The position numbers were made by a program, and so were the translations under genes. Source: Mesotaenium endlicherianum (lineage: Eukaryota). Taken from it: a stretch of 64,000 bases of DNA. Below are positions 1 to 11,233 of the stretch, piece after piece. Location of the stretch: contig WELA01000963.1 in NCBI GenBank assembly GCA_009602735.1, positions 124,025 to 188,024 on the forward strand. Reading direction: 5' to 3'. Under the pieces are notes generated by a model, which searched no databases, had not been told where the DNA came from, and saw nothing but the letters and a program-made list of their open reading frames with translations. Every line of letters begins with the position of its first letter. Position 1 is the first letter of the stretch.

Positions 1-3000
1 CATCCCCTCCCCCCTCCACAAACAACACACGGGGCCCACAACCCCCCTCAAATCCACCCCCTCCCCCCTCTTCTCCCTGCCCTTGGACAAAGACACCGCG
101 CTCGCCAACGGAGCGCTCACCAGAATGAGGTTGTTAATGGCGTCCGTCGGCGGGCGTCCACCTGTCAGCACCACTGCTGCCACGTTGGACGCCAGCTGGG
201 AGTCATGCAGGTCGATGCACGCCATCAGCACGTCGGGCCGCGTGTGGTGCGAGATCACCACGGCGCCCTCGCTGGGGCGCGTGTGTGTGGGGATGTACGC
301 CAGCAGGTCTGCCGTCTGCATGGTGCACACGATGTGCTGCATCACCTCCGTGGACATGGCGTCGCCCGCCACGTGGGGCGCCCCCGTGCCGTACAGCACC
401 TCGGCCCCCAGCGCCCGCTGGATGTCCTGCACCTGCACCCGCTCGCCGCCAGACACACGCATGCAAGTATGCGCACGCGCACATGCGCGCGCGGGCGCAG
501 CAGGTAAGAGCCAGAAGCGCCTTGCGTCCAGGTGGCGCACGCCGCACGCATCCACGGATGAGCTCTCAGCATCCCTTGATGTGTTTGGGGCAAGCACCTT
601 ACCAGCTGGCAGATGCCGAACGCGCCAGCGCATGCACGCGCGCACGTCACACGCAGAGGCACGCACAGATGGTGCAAGGGGAAGGCGCACCACAAGGAGG
701 GAGTGGAAGGTTTGCAGAGGCAATCAGAAAAGCAAACAAGCAAACCGCTTCAAGAGCTGTAAGGGCCGGGATCCTCACGCACTCATGAAGGAGAGGCAGG
801 ATCTGCTGCCGCTCTGCCAGAGGCGGATGCGTGCACTAGCTGATGTACGTGTATCGCGCCCAAAAGAGGAGGCAAAGGCCATGTCGCGAGCCTCAAGAAC
901 CACCCACCGACACCGCTGGGGTTGGCAGCAAGAAGCAGGCGCAAGCCCCCCCCCCTGAATGGGCGAAAAATTCACGCCTGAAACCAAAGTGGCAAAGCAG
1001 TTTCAAGCTGGTGCAGAAGCAAGGGGAGGGAGCCAGGGAGGGCGAGAGACTTCTTCCCAGCGCAAGAAGTAGCCTCCTGTGCCTTCCTTGGTGCTCCGGT
1101 GGCTAGTGCTATGCAGGGGCGAGGAGGGGGGGGGGGGGCGGATGTGATTTTGCACGGGAGGAAAGGGAGCATGCCTCTAGAGCCTCCAGAACGGCGTCCT
1201 GCGGGAGGCACCCCACGAGCGCCATCCCCGCCGCCTGCAGCTTCTGCTTCAGGGGCAAGTGCTGCTCCGGCAGCACGCCCCCCCCCTGCGCCGCCACTTG
1301 TTGCGCTTCTGTGGCGTCGGCGGCTGGTGCTACGGGCGGCGGCGGCACTGTGTAGACCAGGGAGCCCACGACGTCGACGCTGCCGCGGCGCAGGACGCGC
1401 GCGTGGTCCTGCAGAGCCTGCGCTACCTCCTGCTGCCAATCCACTGCAGCGATGTTCCTGGCACCCTGCAGCCGCCGCCACAGCAGCAGAGCAGCAGCAG
1501 GAGCAGGCAACAGGGAAGGACGTGTAAGAGCAGGAGCAGGAGCAGAGAGCATGAGGGGGGGGGGGAAGGAGGGAGTGGAGCTCCCAAAAAGGGGCAAGGA
1601 ATTGTGGACGATGCAAGTGGCTCTCTCGTGTAGTAGGCAAGTGATGTGTAGAAGTAGTACATCCTTTGCGTGTGCACGTGTGTGCCAGCTCGAGGTGAAA
1701 TGCTTGGCTGATGCTCCCCCCCCCCTGCCAAATAAGGGTGTGCCCGGTGCGTGCCTATTCCCTGGTGATCATTGCCCCACATGGGGCGCACGGCAGAGCA
1801 GAGCGTCCGCAGGCTGCAAAAGAGCGATGACATCTGGCACGCCATGACACCGGCGGCGCGGGTGGGCTGCAGCCCGAAGAGGGAGGGGGAAGCCTCGCCG
1901 CTCCCGCTGCCTGGGGCTGGGGCTAGCACCGGCGCTGCCACTGGTGCTGGAGTTGGGGCTGGGGGCTGGTGCTGGGGCACATGGGCGTCGAGCTCTCTTG
2001 CCGAGTTGCACCACGCACGTGCCCTCGCGTCTCACGACAGGGCAGCATGAGGCCAATCGGAGCAGATGCTCCTCAAGTTGCAGCTCTACCTGTAGCCCCG
2101 GCACAATTTGTGGCTGGTTCGAAGCAGCTGAAGGGCGGAGAAGGCGGGGGGAGGGGGGGGGGGGGTTTGCTTTTCTCCCCGCTGCTGAGCATTCCTTTTC
2201 CGTATTCTGTCCGAACGGAAAGGGGGAACGATGACTGGAGCATGACGGGCACGTTGGGCAGTCCAACCCTCTGATTATCTGCAAGGCCCGGTGGGTGCTT
2301 TCCCACCCACGTGTCACCAACTAGCTCCTCGGAGCTGACACCTGTCACCGACTCCTGGAATGGACGACGGCCTGGACACGTTGCAGCACATCAGCACATC
2401 CTCCGACTCTCCCTCCCCTCCCCCTCCCCCCTCTCTCTCTCACAAACACACAGGCACACGCACACGTGCACACAAGCCACCAAGGGCGCAGTGAATGCCC
2501 CGGGCACACGCCAGGAGCAGGAGGAACCAGGGGGCGCGGCGAGAGGAGAGGCTGACCGCGCTCCCGCCGCTGCCGGAGAGCACCAGGGGCGCGGCGGCGG
2601 CGCGCACGTCGGCCAGCAGGAGCGCGNNNNNNNNNNNNNNNNNNNNNNNNNNNNNNNNNNNNNNNNNNNNNNNNNNNNNNNNNNNNNNNNNNNNNNNNNN
2701 NNNNNNNNNNNNNNNNNNNNNNNNNNNNNNNNNNNNNNNNNNNNNNNNNNNNNNNNNNNNNNNNNNNNNNNNNNNNNNNNNNNNNNNNNNNNNNNNNNNN
2801 NNNNNNNNNNNNNNNNNNNNNNNNNNNNNNNNNNNNNNNNNNNNNNNNNNNNNNNNNNNNNNNNNNNNNNNNNNNNNNNNNNNNNNNNNNNNNNNNNNNN
2901 NNNNNNNNNNNNNNNNNNNNNNNNNNNNNNNNNNNNNNNNNNNNNNNNNNNNNNNNNNNNNNNNNNNNNNNNNNNNNNNNNNNNNNNNNNNNNNNNNNNN

Positions 3001-6000
3001 NNNNNNNNNNNNNNNNNNNNNNNNNNNNNNNNNNNNNNNNNNNNNNNNNNNNNNNNNNNNNNNNNNNNNNNNNNNNNNNNNNNNNNNNNNNNNNNNNNNN
3101 NNNNNNNNNNNNNNNNNNNNNNNNNNNNNNNNNNNNNNNNNNNNNNNNNNNNNNNNNNNNNNNNNNNNNNNNNNNNNNNNNNNNNNNNNNNNNNNNNNNN
3201 NNNNNNNNNNNNNNNNNNNNNNNNNNNNNNNNNNNNNNNNNNNNNNNNNNNNNNNNNNNNNNNNNNNNNNNNNNNNNNNNNNNNNNNNNNNNNNNNNNNN
3301 NNNNNNNNNNNNNNNNNNNNNNNNNNNNNNNNNNNNNNNNNNNNNNNNNNNNNNNNNNNNNNNNNNNNNNNNNNNNNNNNNNNNNNNNNNNNNNNNNNNN
3401 NNNNNNNNNNNNNNNNNNNNNNNNNNNNNNNNNNNNNNNNNNNNNNNNNNNNNNNNNNNNNNNNNNNNGGGGGGGGGGGGCGGATGTGATTTTGCACGGG
3501 AGGAAAGGGAGCATGCCTCTAGAGCCTCCAGAACGGCGTCCTGCGGGAGGCACCCCACGAGCGCCATCCCCGCCGCCTGCAGCTTCTGCTTCAGGGGCAA
3601 GTGCTGCTCCGGCAGCACGCCCCCCCCCTGCGCCGCCACTTGTTGCGCTTCTGTGGCGTCGGCGGCTGGTGCTACGGGCGGCGGCGGCACTGTGTAGACC
3701 AGGGAGCCCACGACGTCGACGCTGCCGCGGCGCAGGACGCGCGCGTGGTCCTGCAGAGCCTGCGCTACCTCCTGCTGCCAATCCACTGCAGCGATGTTCC
3801 TGGCACCCTGCAGCCGCCGCCACAGCAGCAGAGCAGCAGCAGGAGCAGGCAACAGGGAAGGACGTGTAAGAGCAGGAGCAGGAGCAGAGAGCATGAGGGG
3901 GGGGGGGAAGGAGGGAGTGGAGCTCCCAAAAAGGGGCAAGGAATTGTGGACGATGCAAGTGGCTCTCTCGTGTAGTAGGCAAGTGATGTGTAGAAGTAGT
4001 ACATCCTTTGCGTGTGCACGTGTGTGCCAGCTCGAGGTGAAATGCTTGGCTGATGCTCCCCCCCCCCTGCCAAATAAGGGTGTGCCCGGTGCGTGCCTAT
4101 TCCCTGGTGATCATTGCCCCACATGGGGCGCACGGCAGAGCAGAGCGTCCGCAGGCTGCAAAAGAGCGATGACATCTGGCACGCCATGACACCGGCGGCG
4201 CGGGTGGGCTGCAGCCCGAAGAGGGAGGGGGAAGCCTCGCCGCTCCCGCTGCCTGGGGCTGGGGCTAGCACCGGCGCTGCCACTGGTGCTGGAGTTGGGG
4301 CTGGGGGCTGGTGCTGGGGCACATGGGCGTCGAGCTCTCTTGCCGAGTTGCACCACGCACGTGCCCTCGCGTCTCACGACAGGGCAGCATGAGGCCAATC
4401 GGAGCAGATGCTCCTCAAGTTGCAGCTCTACCTGTAGCCCCGGCACAATTTGTGGCTGGTTCGAAGCAGCTGAAGGGCGGAGAAGGCGGGGGGAGGGGGG
4501 GGGGGGGTTTGCTTTTCTCCCCGCTGCTGAGCATTCCTTTTCCGTATTCTGTCCGAACGGAAAGGGGGAACGATGACTGGAGCATGACGGGCACGTTGGG
4601 CAGTCCAACCCTCTGATTATCTGCAAGGCCCGGTGGGTGCTTTCCCACCCACGTGTCACCAACTAGCTCCTCGGAGCTGACACCTGTCACCGACTCCTGG
4701 AATGGACGACGGCCTGGACACGTTGCAGCACATCAGCACATCCTCCGACTCTCCCTCCCCTCCCCCTCCCCCCTCTCTCTCTCACAAACACACAGGCACA
4801 CGCACACGTGCACACAAGCCACCAAGGGCGCAGTGAATGCCCCGGGCACACGCCAGGAGCAGGAGGAACCAGGGGGCGCGGCGAGAGGAGAGGCTGACCG
4901 CGCTCCCGCCGCTGCCGGAGAGCACCAGGGGCGCGGCGGCGGCGCGCACGTCGGCCAGCAGGAGCGCGGGGCAGCCGAGCGCGGCGGCGATGGCGGCGTT
5001 GAGCGGCGCCGCGTTGAAGCCGTCCTTGAGGCTGCTGCCCTCCACCACCACAAAGTCGTGCCGCGCCTTGTACTGCTCGTACGCTGCCAGCCTCCCTCTC
5101 CCATGGGGCGGCCGTGGAATCAGCATATGGGTAGGCACACGTGCGCGCATGCGCAGTCTCAACAGTTTGCTGCCATTACATGTTTGTACGCGCATTTGCT
5201 GCACCCCTCACTGCTCGGACTGGGCAGATACAGCTTGCACACACGTCCATTTGCTCCATCGCATGAAGCGTGGACATCAGAATCATACTCAGGCGGCGGA
5301 GATGGCTGAGAATGGGCCGGAGTTGGCAGCTCATCAAGCGCGACTTCCAAACCCGGCACGCCTATCCCCCAGAGCGCGCGCTTTAAGCAGATCTGTTTTA
5401 CAGCGACAGTACGCTTCGCCTCCTTGCGTTGCCAGTCCCTCTGGCAGAGGGAGAGAGAGCGAGCGTGCAAGCAGGGAGAAAAGGGGGGAAGGGTAGGAGG
5501 GAGAGGGAGTGAGAGAGGGAGGGCCTGCGCGCGCTGGCTCGCTGAGTGCTTGCCTTTCAGGATGGTCTCGATGAGATCGTCGGTGTTGTCGGACGCCAGG
5601 TACCTGTAGGCCTCCACCTGAGAGCAGCCCTTCATGTCCTCCAGGGGCCCCGGCAGGCCATACACCTCCTTCACGAGCTTCGTCCGGTCGCCGCCATGTG
5701 TCGTGCTGTCGATCGGCCTGAAGTAGCCCAGGCCGGGGCGCAGGACCGAGAGCGAGTGGATGACGCCAAGTGTCACCGCGGCGGAGTTGATGGAGCTTCC
5801 GAGGCTGGATGCACGCCAAAAGGACAGCAGAGCAGGCAGGTCAGCAGTCGTGCATGAGAGAAGGCCGCATATTTTAAGTGTGCCCCTTTTTGTGCAGGTG
5901 TAGCAGCTGTTACGAGCACGAGGTCGTAGTCTGGGAGCCTTTGACAGTAATGAATTAAAACACAAGTCCTCGTAGGGATTGCAGGCAGTGAGAACAGCGG

Positions 6001-6575
6001 TACCTATTATCCCCGTCAACTGACAGATGCATACATCACATTAAGCAGCGTGCATGGGCTGCAGCTACGGCTGGTTCGCAACTTGCGCGAAGGATGCTGA
6101 GCCTCAGCAAGCCACATAGTGTAAGCTGAAAACTGATTCTCAAAGTGCTCCATGAGACCCCTCTTGACCATGACTATGCAAGTTTCGGTCACCCAAATTC
6201 TCTTGCTGTGTAGTCAGCTTTGACTGCAAGTATACGAATGTCCAGTGTTATGACCTCTTCCTCACCTTCGTTGGTTCCTCTCTATATAACATGTAGTAGA
6301 CAAACATGATATAAAAGCTGCGAGACGGAGAGAGAAGCAGTTTAAGGAGCTACTCTTAGCTCCCCACAAGTCGGAACTGTGAGGCTTCATGGCGCTTACG
6401 TTGCGTGATGCATGTATATACTTTCACTCTTATGTAGTCTGCTGGCACTTTCTGCTTCCTTTCCCTGAACGGCTCCATGAAGGACCCGTGACAAGGAGAC
6501 ATAATGCCTGCTGAGCTGAGCTCTCGGCGAACTCTGCTCTCCACGAAGAATCTTATGGCACAAGTGACGCAGCAT
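1..6575 (-). CDS. pta: Phosphate acetyltransferase, long type II (BioD-like N-terminal domain + DRTGG domain), with probable mitochondrial presequence; 3' part lies off the left edge
   Basis: Hand-spliced exons, all phase-compatible: 6575-6400 (MLRHLCHKILR...SIYMHHAT), 5804-5554 (LGSSINSAAVTLGVIHSL...GYFRPI...DDLIETILK), 5083-4899 (AYEQYKARHDFVVVEGS...LNAAIAAALGCPALLL), 3807-3517 (duplicated at 1465-1175; ...LVGCLPQDAVLEALE), 432-121 (VQDIQRALGAEVLYG...RPDVLMAC...VVLTGG). These match the N-terminal domains of long Pta enzymes, and the gene is adjacent to an acetate kinase. Confidence 0.88.
1127..4968. repeat. Apparently identical ~1.5-kb direct duplication (about 1127-2626 and 3469-4968) flanking an N gap; probable scaffolding artefact
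   Basis: Constant 2342-bp offset and identical ORF translations in both copies. The copies abut the gap at 2627-3468 and start at a poly-G run. Confidence 0.85.
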
Positions 6576-7988
6576 TCTTCAAAATGTGAGATGTTTCTCT
6601 GCTTATTATGTGTTCAGCATAGCGCTACGAGGCGCGGGTCAGCGCATGACTCGAGAACGAAGTCGTGGGCAAGCTTATATATACGGAGTCTCTTGCAAGC
6701 TTCACGAGACACGACTCACAACATTATAAGTTGAGTGTTCAAGCTCGGGCAGCCCGTGAAGAGCATGGTACACTCGGGTTCCGAGAGCTCAGCAAGAGCA
6801 ATGCAAAATATAGGATGTCTCGTGCAGTCTTCATACTAAATTTCAACCATTTTGATTGTTGCAAACATCATAATTTGCCAATTGGCAATGCCAGTTTTGA
6901 GTTGTATGGTCTCTGACGAGCATGCTGACGCGCAGTGGTTCAAGTTCATCCAAGACCATGCCTCGCTGTTTGACTAGAATCGACGAGAACGATGTATCAC
7001 TCTCGTACCTCTCCAAGCATCTCCAAGCATTTCCAAGAATCAACTCTTGTAGTAACATCCTCCGAGCCCTCGTCATTTGTCGGTTATCACTTCTTGCAGT
7101 GCCGAAGGCCCCTCACTGCCCTAGACCTGCCCAGACTGCTCCGGACGCACCACTCATAGACCGAATAAATTGTTATAAAGAACCATAAAGAACTACTTCT
7201 TTTGAAAATGTTTTCATAATAAAATTCAACATTGCTTAGCTGGCACTGCAGTCTCAACGGCAGCTGACTGCTGTCGACCACTGTCGACGAAGGACTTCAA
7301 CCTGCTCTTGCCAGATCGGATGCCCTTTGCCTGAGCACTGAAAACAAATTTGACTCGATTTTCTCGCCTATAGGTTCACATGCATCCCTCCTATGGCTTC
7401 CTGTCATAACCTCATGGTCGACTGCCCACTCCTACCCTCGCCTTTCAACCTTGACTCAACCCTGATGCCGTTTCATCACGTATGGAATGTGCATCTCAAA
7501 GTTATCCCCTGATTGTCAAATTGAGCGTACCTGTCGAAGCAGAGGTCTTACCCCTTGGGCGGAAATTCTTTTGACGCTTGTAGGTGTCCTATTCTTTCAA
7601 ATCGTGTGCAGTCAGCAGCAAGCCTTCTTGACGCCTTTCTCGGCTTGCTGTAGTCTCGGATTGTTGCGTTTGGTTCCCGAAGTGTGAGTAGAAGGAAACT
7701 TGAAGAAAATTTGCCTACTTCTTATGCAGTGCACTCCTTGAACACGCATTACAAAGGAAGGGCTTTTCTTGGTTTCCGTTTCGTGTCGGTACTGGCCGCA
7801 TGGTAGTTATTCCACGATGTCTTTTCAAGTCCCGTAATATATGATATGTAAGCTTATCTAAAGCCCGTACGAGTGATGCCATGCAGCTGTGCGTGAGGAG
7901 GATATCTTCTCGCCTTAGAGGTCCCGTGTGACCTCTGCAGTCAGGAAAATAGTGCTGAACTTTTCTCGCCTGACGGACATGTCACAGT

Positions 7989-10900
7989 ATGGCCGGACGA
8001 TCCATACTGGTGCTTAACGCTGGCAGTTCATCCCTCAAGTGAGTTTCTTGAAACAAAAGTTTTTCATCGCCAGCTTTTTTTTAAAACGGAAAAATCTTCC
8101 GTGTCAGCCAACGACCAGTGCTTTACAAGTTCAAGCATGTCTGTCATTCACTACTATAGTAGTATTGGTATCTATGCAGTCTCTGAGCAAGAGAAGTTTG
8201 ACATGCTTTGTAAACAACTAGGACCCGTCAATGTTTTCACTCTTGGAGAGCATGCACCACCTGTGCTAGGATAATGAGGAACTTGTAATCTTGAGATAAG
8301 TCCACACTTATTCTTTTTGTGTCAAGTTCTTACTCACCAGGTCATCGTTTTCCGCGCATTGGCGGTTCAATCTCAGTCTCAGAGTGCTTGTTATGAATGT
8401 GGCTTCCCCAAGCACAGTATATCTTCTCTTCGACGGTAAATGCTTCTTGTTCGATGGGGCCCTTCGGACTTCGATCCTTGATTTGCATGCCCAAATAAGA
8501 TGCAACGTCTTTGGTTCTGCTTCGTCTGGAATGAAGTGGAGGCTCTCTGACGTCCTCCTCATTCGTATCTACATGCTTCTCAATCCTCCGCAGGTACTCA
8601 CTCTTCAAGGTGAGCAAGTCTCTTCAATTATCGGTGCAAGGACTGGTGGAGCAGATTGGCACATCTCATGGCTCCATCACGCATCGCGTGCTCAACGACG
8701 AGGACAAGCGTCTGTCCGAGGTGACAACAGAACTGGTCATTCAAGGCAGATAGCGCTGCGTGTGTTGCCCCAATGGCGGGTGCGTGTGGGGACGCACTGC
8801 TGCTCTTACTGTGCTGATGCTGATCTGTACACGGTGAAGCCGAAGGCCTGTGAATGTGCCGAACCGCCGCTGCCAAACCAGCATGCGAAACCGAAGAGGG
8901 CTGCTGTAGCTGTATGTATCCAGCACGGCAGCTGTTTGATGCGGCCATAACCTTCTCTCCATCAATGATTTGGTAATGCACGTCACAGGACGGTGATGTA
9001 GTTGCGGCACTGATAACACTTCCAGTGTCATCGCATCCGTTTCTTCCATCCGTGTATATGCGTGCGTGCGTGCGTGCGTGTGTCTCTTAGAGAGGGGAGT
9101 TTGAGGACCACAAGGCCGCCCTCTCCAAAGTTGTGAGCTTGCTCCACTTCACGAGGGCCGAGTCGAAGAGCATAATGGCCGTCGGGCACAGAGTGGTGCA
9201 CGGAGGCGAGGCAATCAGTGCCCCCAAGATCATCACGGACGAAGTCAAGGCCGCCATCGAGCACTCCATTCCCCTCGCCCCCCTGCACAATCCTGCAAAT
9301 CTGCAGGTAGGTGTGCTTCGTCTTGGGCTGGAAAGATAGCCCTTCATCTGTTGCGCGCACGCTCTCGCTTTAGTGGGGGGGCCATAGGTGTGGGGCAATA
9401 TTCCTTGATGACACCAGGAATCAATGATGTACACATTTATCTGTATACATGTATATAAACGCAGAACTACATACACATTTGTATATATACCTCCTATATA
9501 CATGTGGAGTTGAGGGCAATCGCCATGAATTAAAGGCCCGGTACACCCTGTCACCAATGTACCCCCACCCCTTGGAGTGGACATGTGGATCGCTCAAGCG
9601 ACTGTGCTGCGTTGCACTTTTCAGCTGCGAGTGCGATTTCTCACGCCCGCATGCCGCTCATAGAACCTGAATCACTGCCCCTGCCTCCTTCATCATTCAT
9701 GTGCATCAGCACCTTGACGAGTACCTCTTCGCACCCCATGGAGCAGCTCTGAACAGAATCCGCCGCCCACGGCACGTGTCTCGTGCTCTGCCTCTCTCGC
9801 CGTGCCCTCGTCGCTCGCCTGCGACGCTCTGCGTGCAGGGCATAAGGGTGGCCGAGGAGCTTTTCGACTGCCCTCAAGTGGCCGTCTTCGACACGGCCTT
9901 CCACTCCACCATCCGCCCCCACGCCTACATCTACGGCCTGCCCTACAAGTTCTACGAGGAGAACAAGATCCGGCGGTACGGGTTCCACGGCACGAGCTAC
10001 CTGTACTTGCTGAAGGAGACCGCGCGCATGCTGAGGAAGCCGGTGGAGAGTGTGAACATGATCGCGCTGCACCTGGGGGCTGGGGCCAGCATGGCCGCCA
10101 TCCAAGAGGTGCGTGGGCTCTCTCTCCTGTGGTTGCACTGTGCCGGTGGGGTGGTAGTGTAGAGCCAAAGTAGGACTGTTTACTTTCTGGGTCTCTTTTG
10201 CTTTCGCCGGGTTTCACCATTGAGCACAGACAACCCTCTCTCTCCTTGTATATCATTCAATAGGGGACGACGAGGGGACAATCATTTTAAAATCTCACAA
10301 GAATGCAGCCTGGATGAGCGAGACTTGACAATGTGAGAAGAGCTTCACGACAATATTCCTGCATTTGTTTTTGCTATTGAGATTCGATGCGGGCTGTTGG
10401 TCATGCCGCCCATCGTTGTCGTCACTGGTCGAGCTCAAGCACCTTGGATGTTGAAAAGTTCAGCAATAGTAATTTGTTGCACTTGCTTCGCGACTTAGGA
10501 GCTTGTCACGCTGTCCGATGGTGCGGTCAGCCACATGCGTGCGAGTGCAAGGGAGGGCCTCCCCGAGGCATGTCCAAGAGTCTGCCACACGATCGTGTGA
10601 AGTAGGTGCATTTGTCAGCATATTCTTTCTGTGCTACGTGCTACATGCTCCTTGCGAATCGTGTAGGGAAAGTGCATCGACACAACCATGGGAGTGACTC
10701 CGCTGGAGGGCCTCGTGATGGCCACGCGGAGCGGCGACGTCGATCCGGCCGTGGTTGGCCTCCTGGCGAGACTGAGGGGCCTCTCGGTCGACGAGATAGA
10801 CTCCGTCTTGAACAAGCAGAGCGGCATGTACGGCGTGTGCGGCGACAAGGACATGAAGTCGGTCGTGGAGCGGGCTGTCGCGGGGGAGCCGCGGTGCCAG

Positions 10901-11233
10901 CTCGCGCTCGACGTGTACGTGCACAGGCTGAGGAAGTACGTCGGGGCGTACCTGGTGCACCTGCGGGGAGAAGTGGACGCCATCGTGTTCAGCGGGGGAG
11001 TGGGAGAACGCTCGGCGTACATCCGAGCTCTCGCCTGCGAGGGCTTGGAGCGGTTCGGGTTCGCGGTAGATGCGTCGAAGAACGAGCGCGTGAAGCGGGA
11101 CGGCGGGCAGATCCAGAGCGACGAATCCCGGGTGAGAGTCCTGATGATCCCCACCGACGAGGAGCTGTCGATAGCGCAGCAGACGTTTGACGAGGTGCAC
11201 TCGTTGCAACCTGGTTGTGCGCGGGAAGAGTGA
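7989..11233 (+). CDS. ackA: Acetate kinase (5 coding exons)
   Basis: Exons 7989-8038, 8594-8720, 9091-9306, 9839-10108, 10667-11233 with GT-AG sites in phase. Motifs: ILVLNAGSSSLKYSLF, GHRVVHGG, APLHNPANL, VAVFDTAFH, RRYGFHGTSY, LHLGAGAS, DTTMGVTPLEGLVMATRSGDVDP, FSGGVGE, IPTDEEL. Confidence 0.96.

Noticed and set aside
2311..3982. Long ORFs spanning N gaps (also 53320-54556) and many GC-rich shadow ORFs in the track
   Set aside because: They arise from runs of N or from high GC content suppressing stop codons, and they carry no protein motifs.
1127..4968. Apparent tandem exon duplication within pta
   Set aside because: The copies appear identical including intron sequence, abut an N gap and start at poly-G. 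This is typical of overlapping contig ends rather than biology.
8594..8609. 16-nt micro-exon in ackA (AAG|gtgagc)
   Set aside because: The frame continues through GLVEQIG to the donor at 8720, so this is part of a normal exon.
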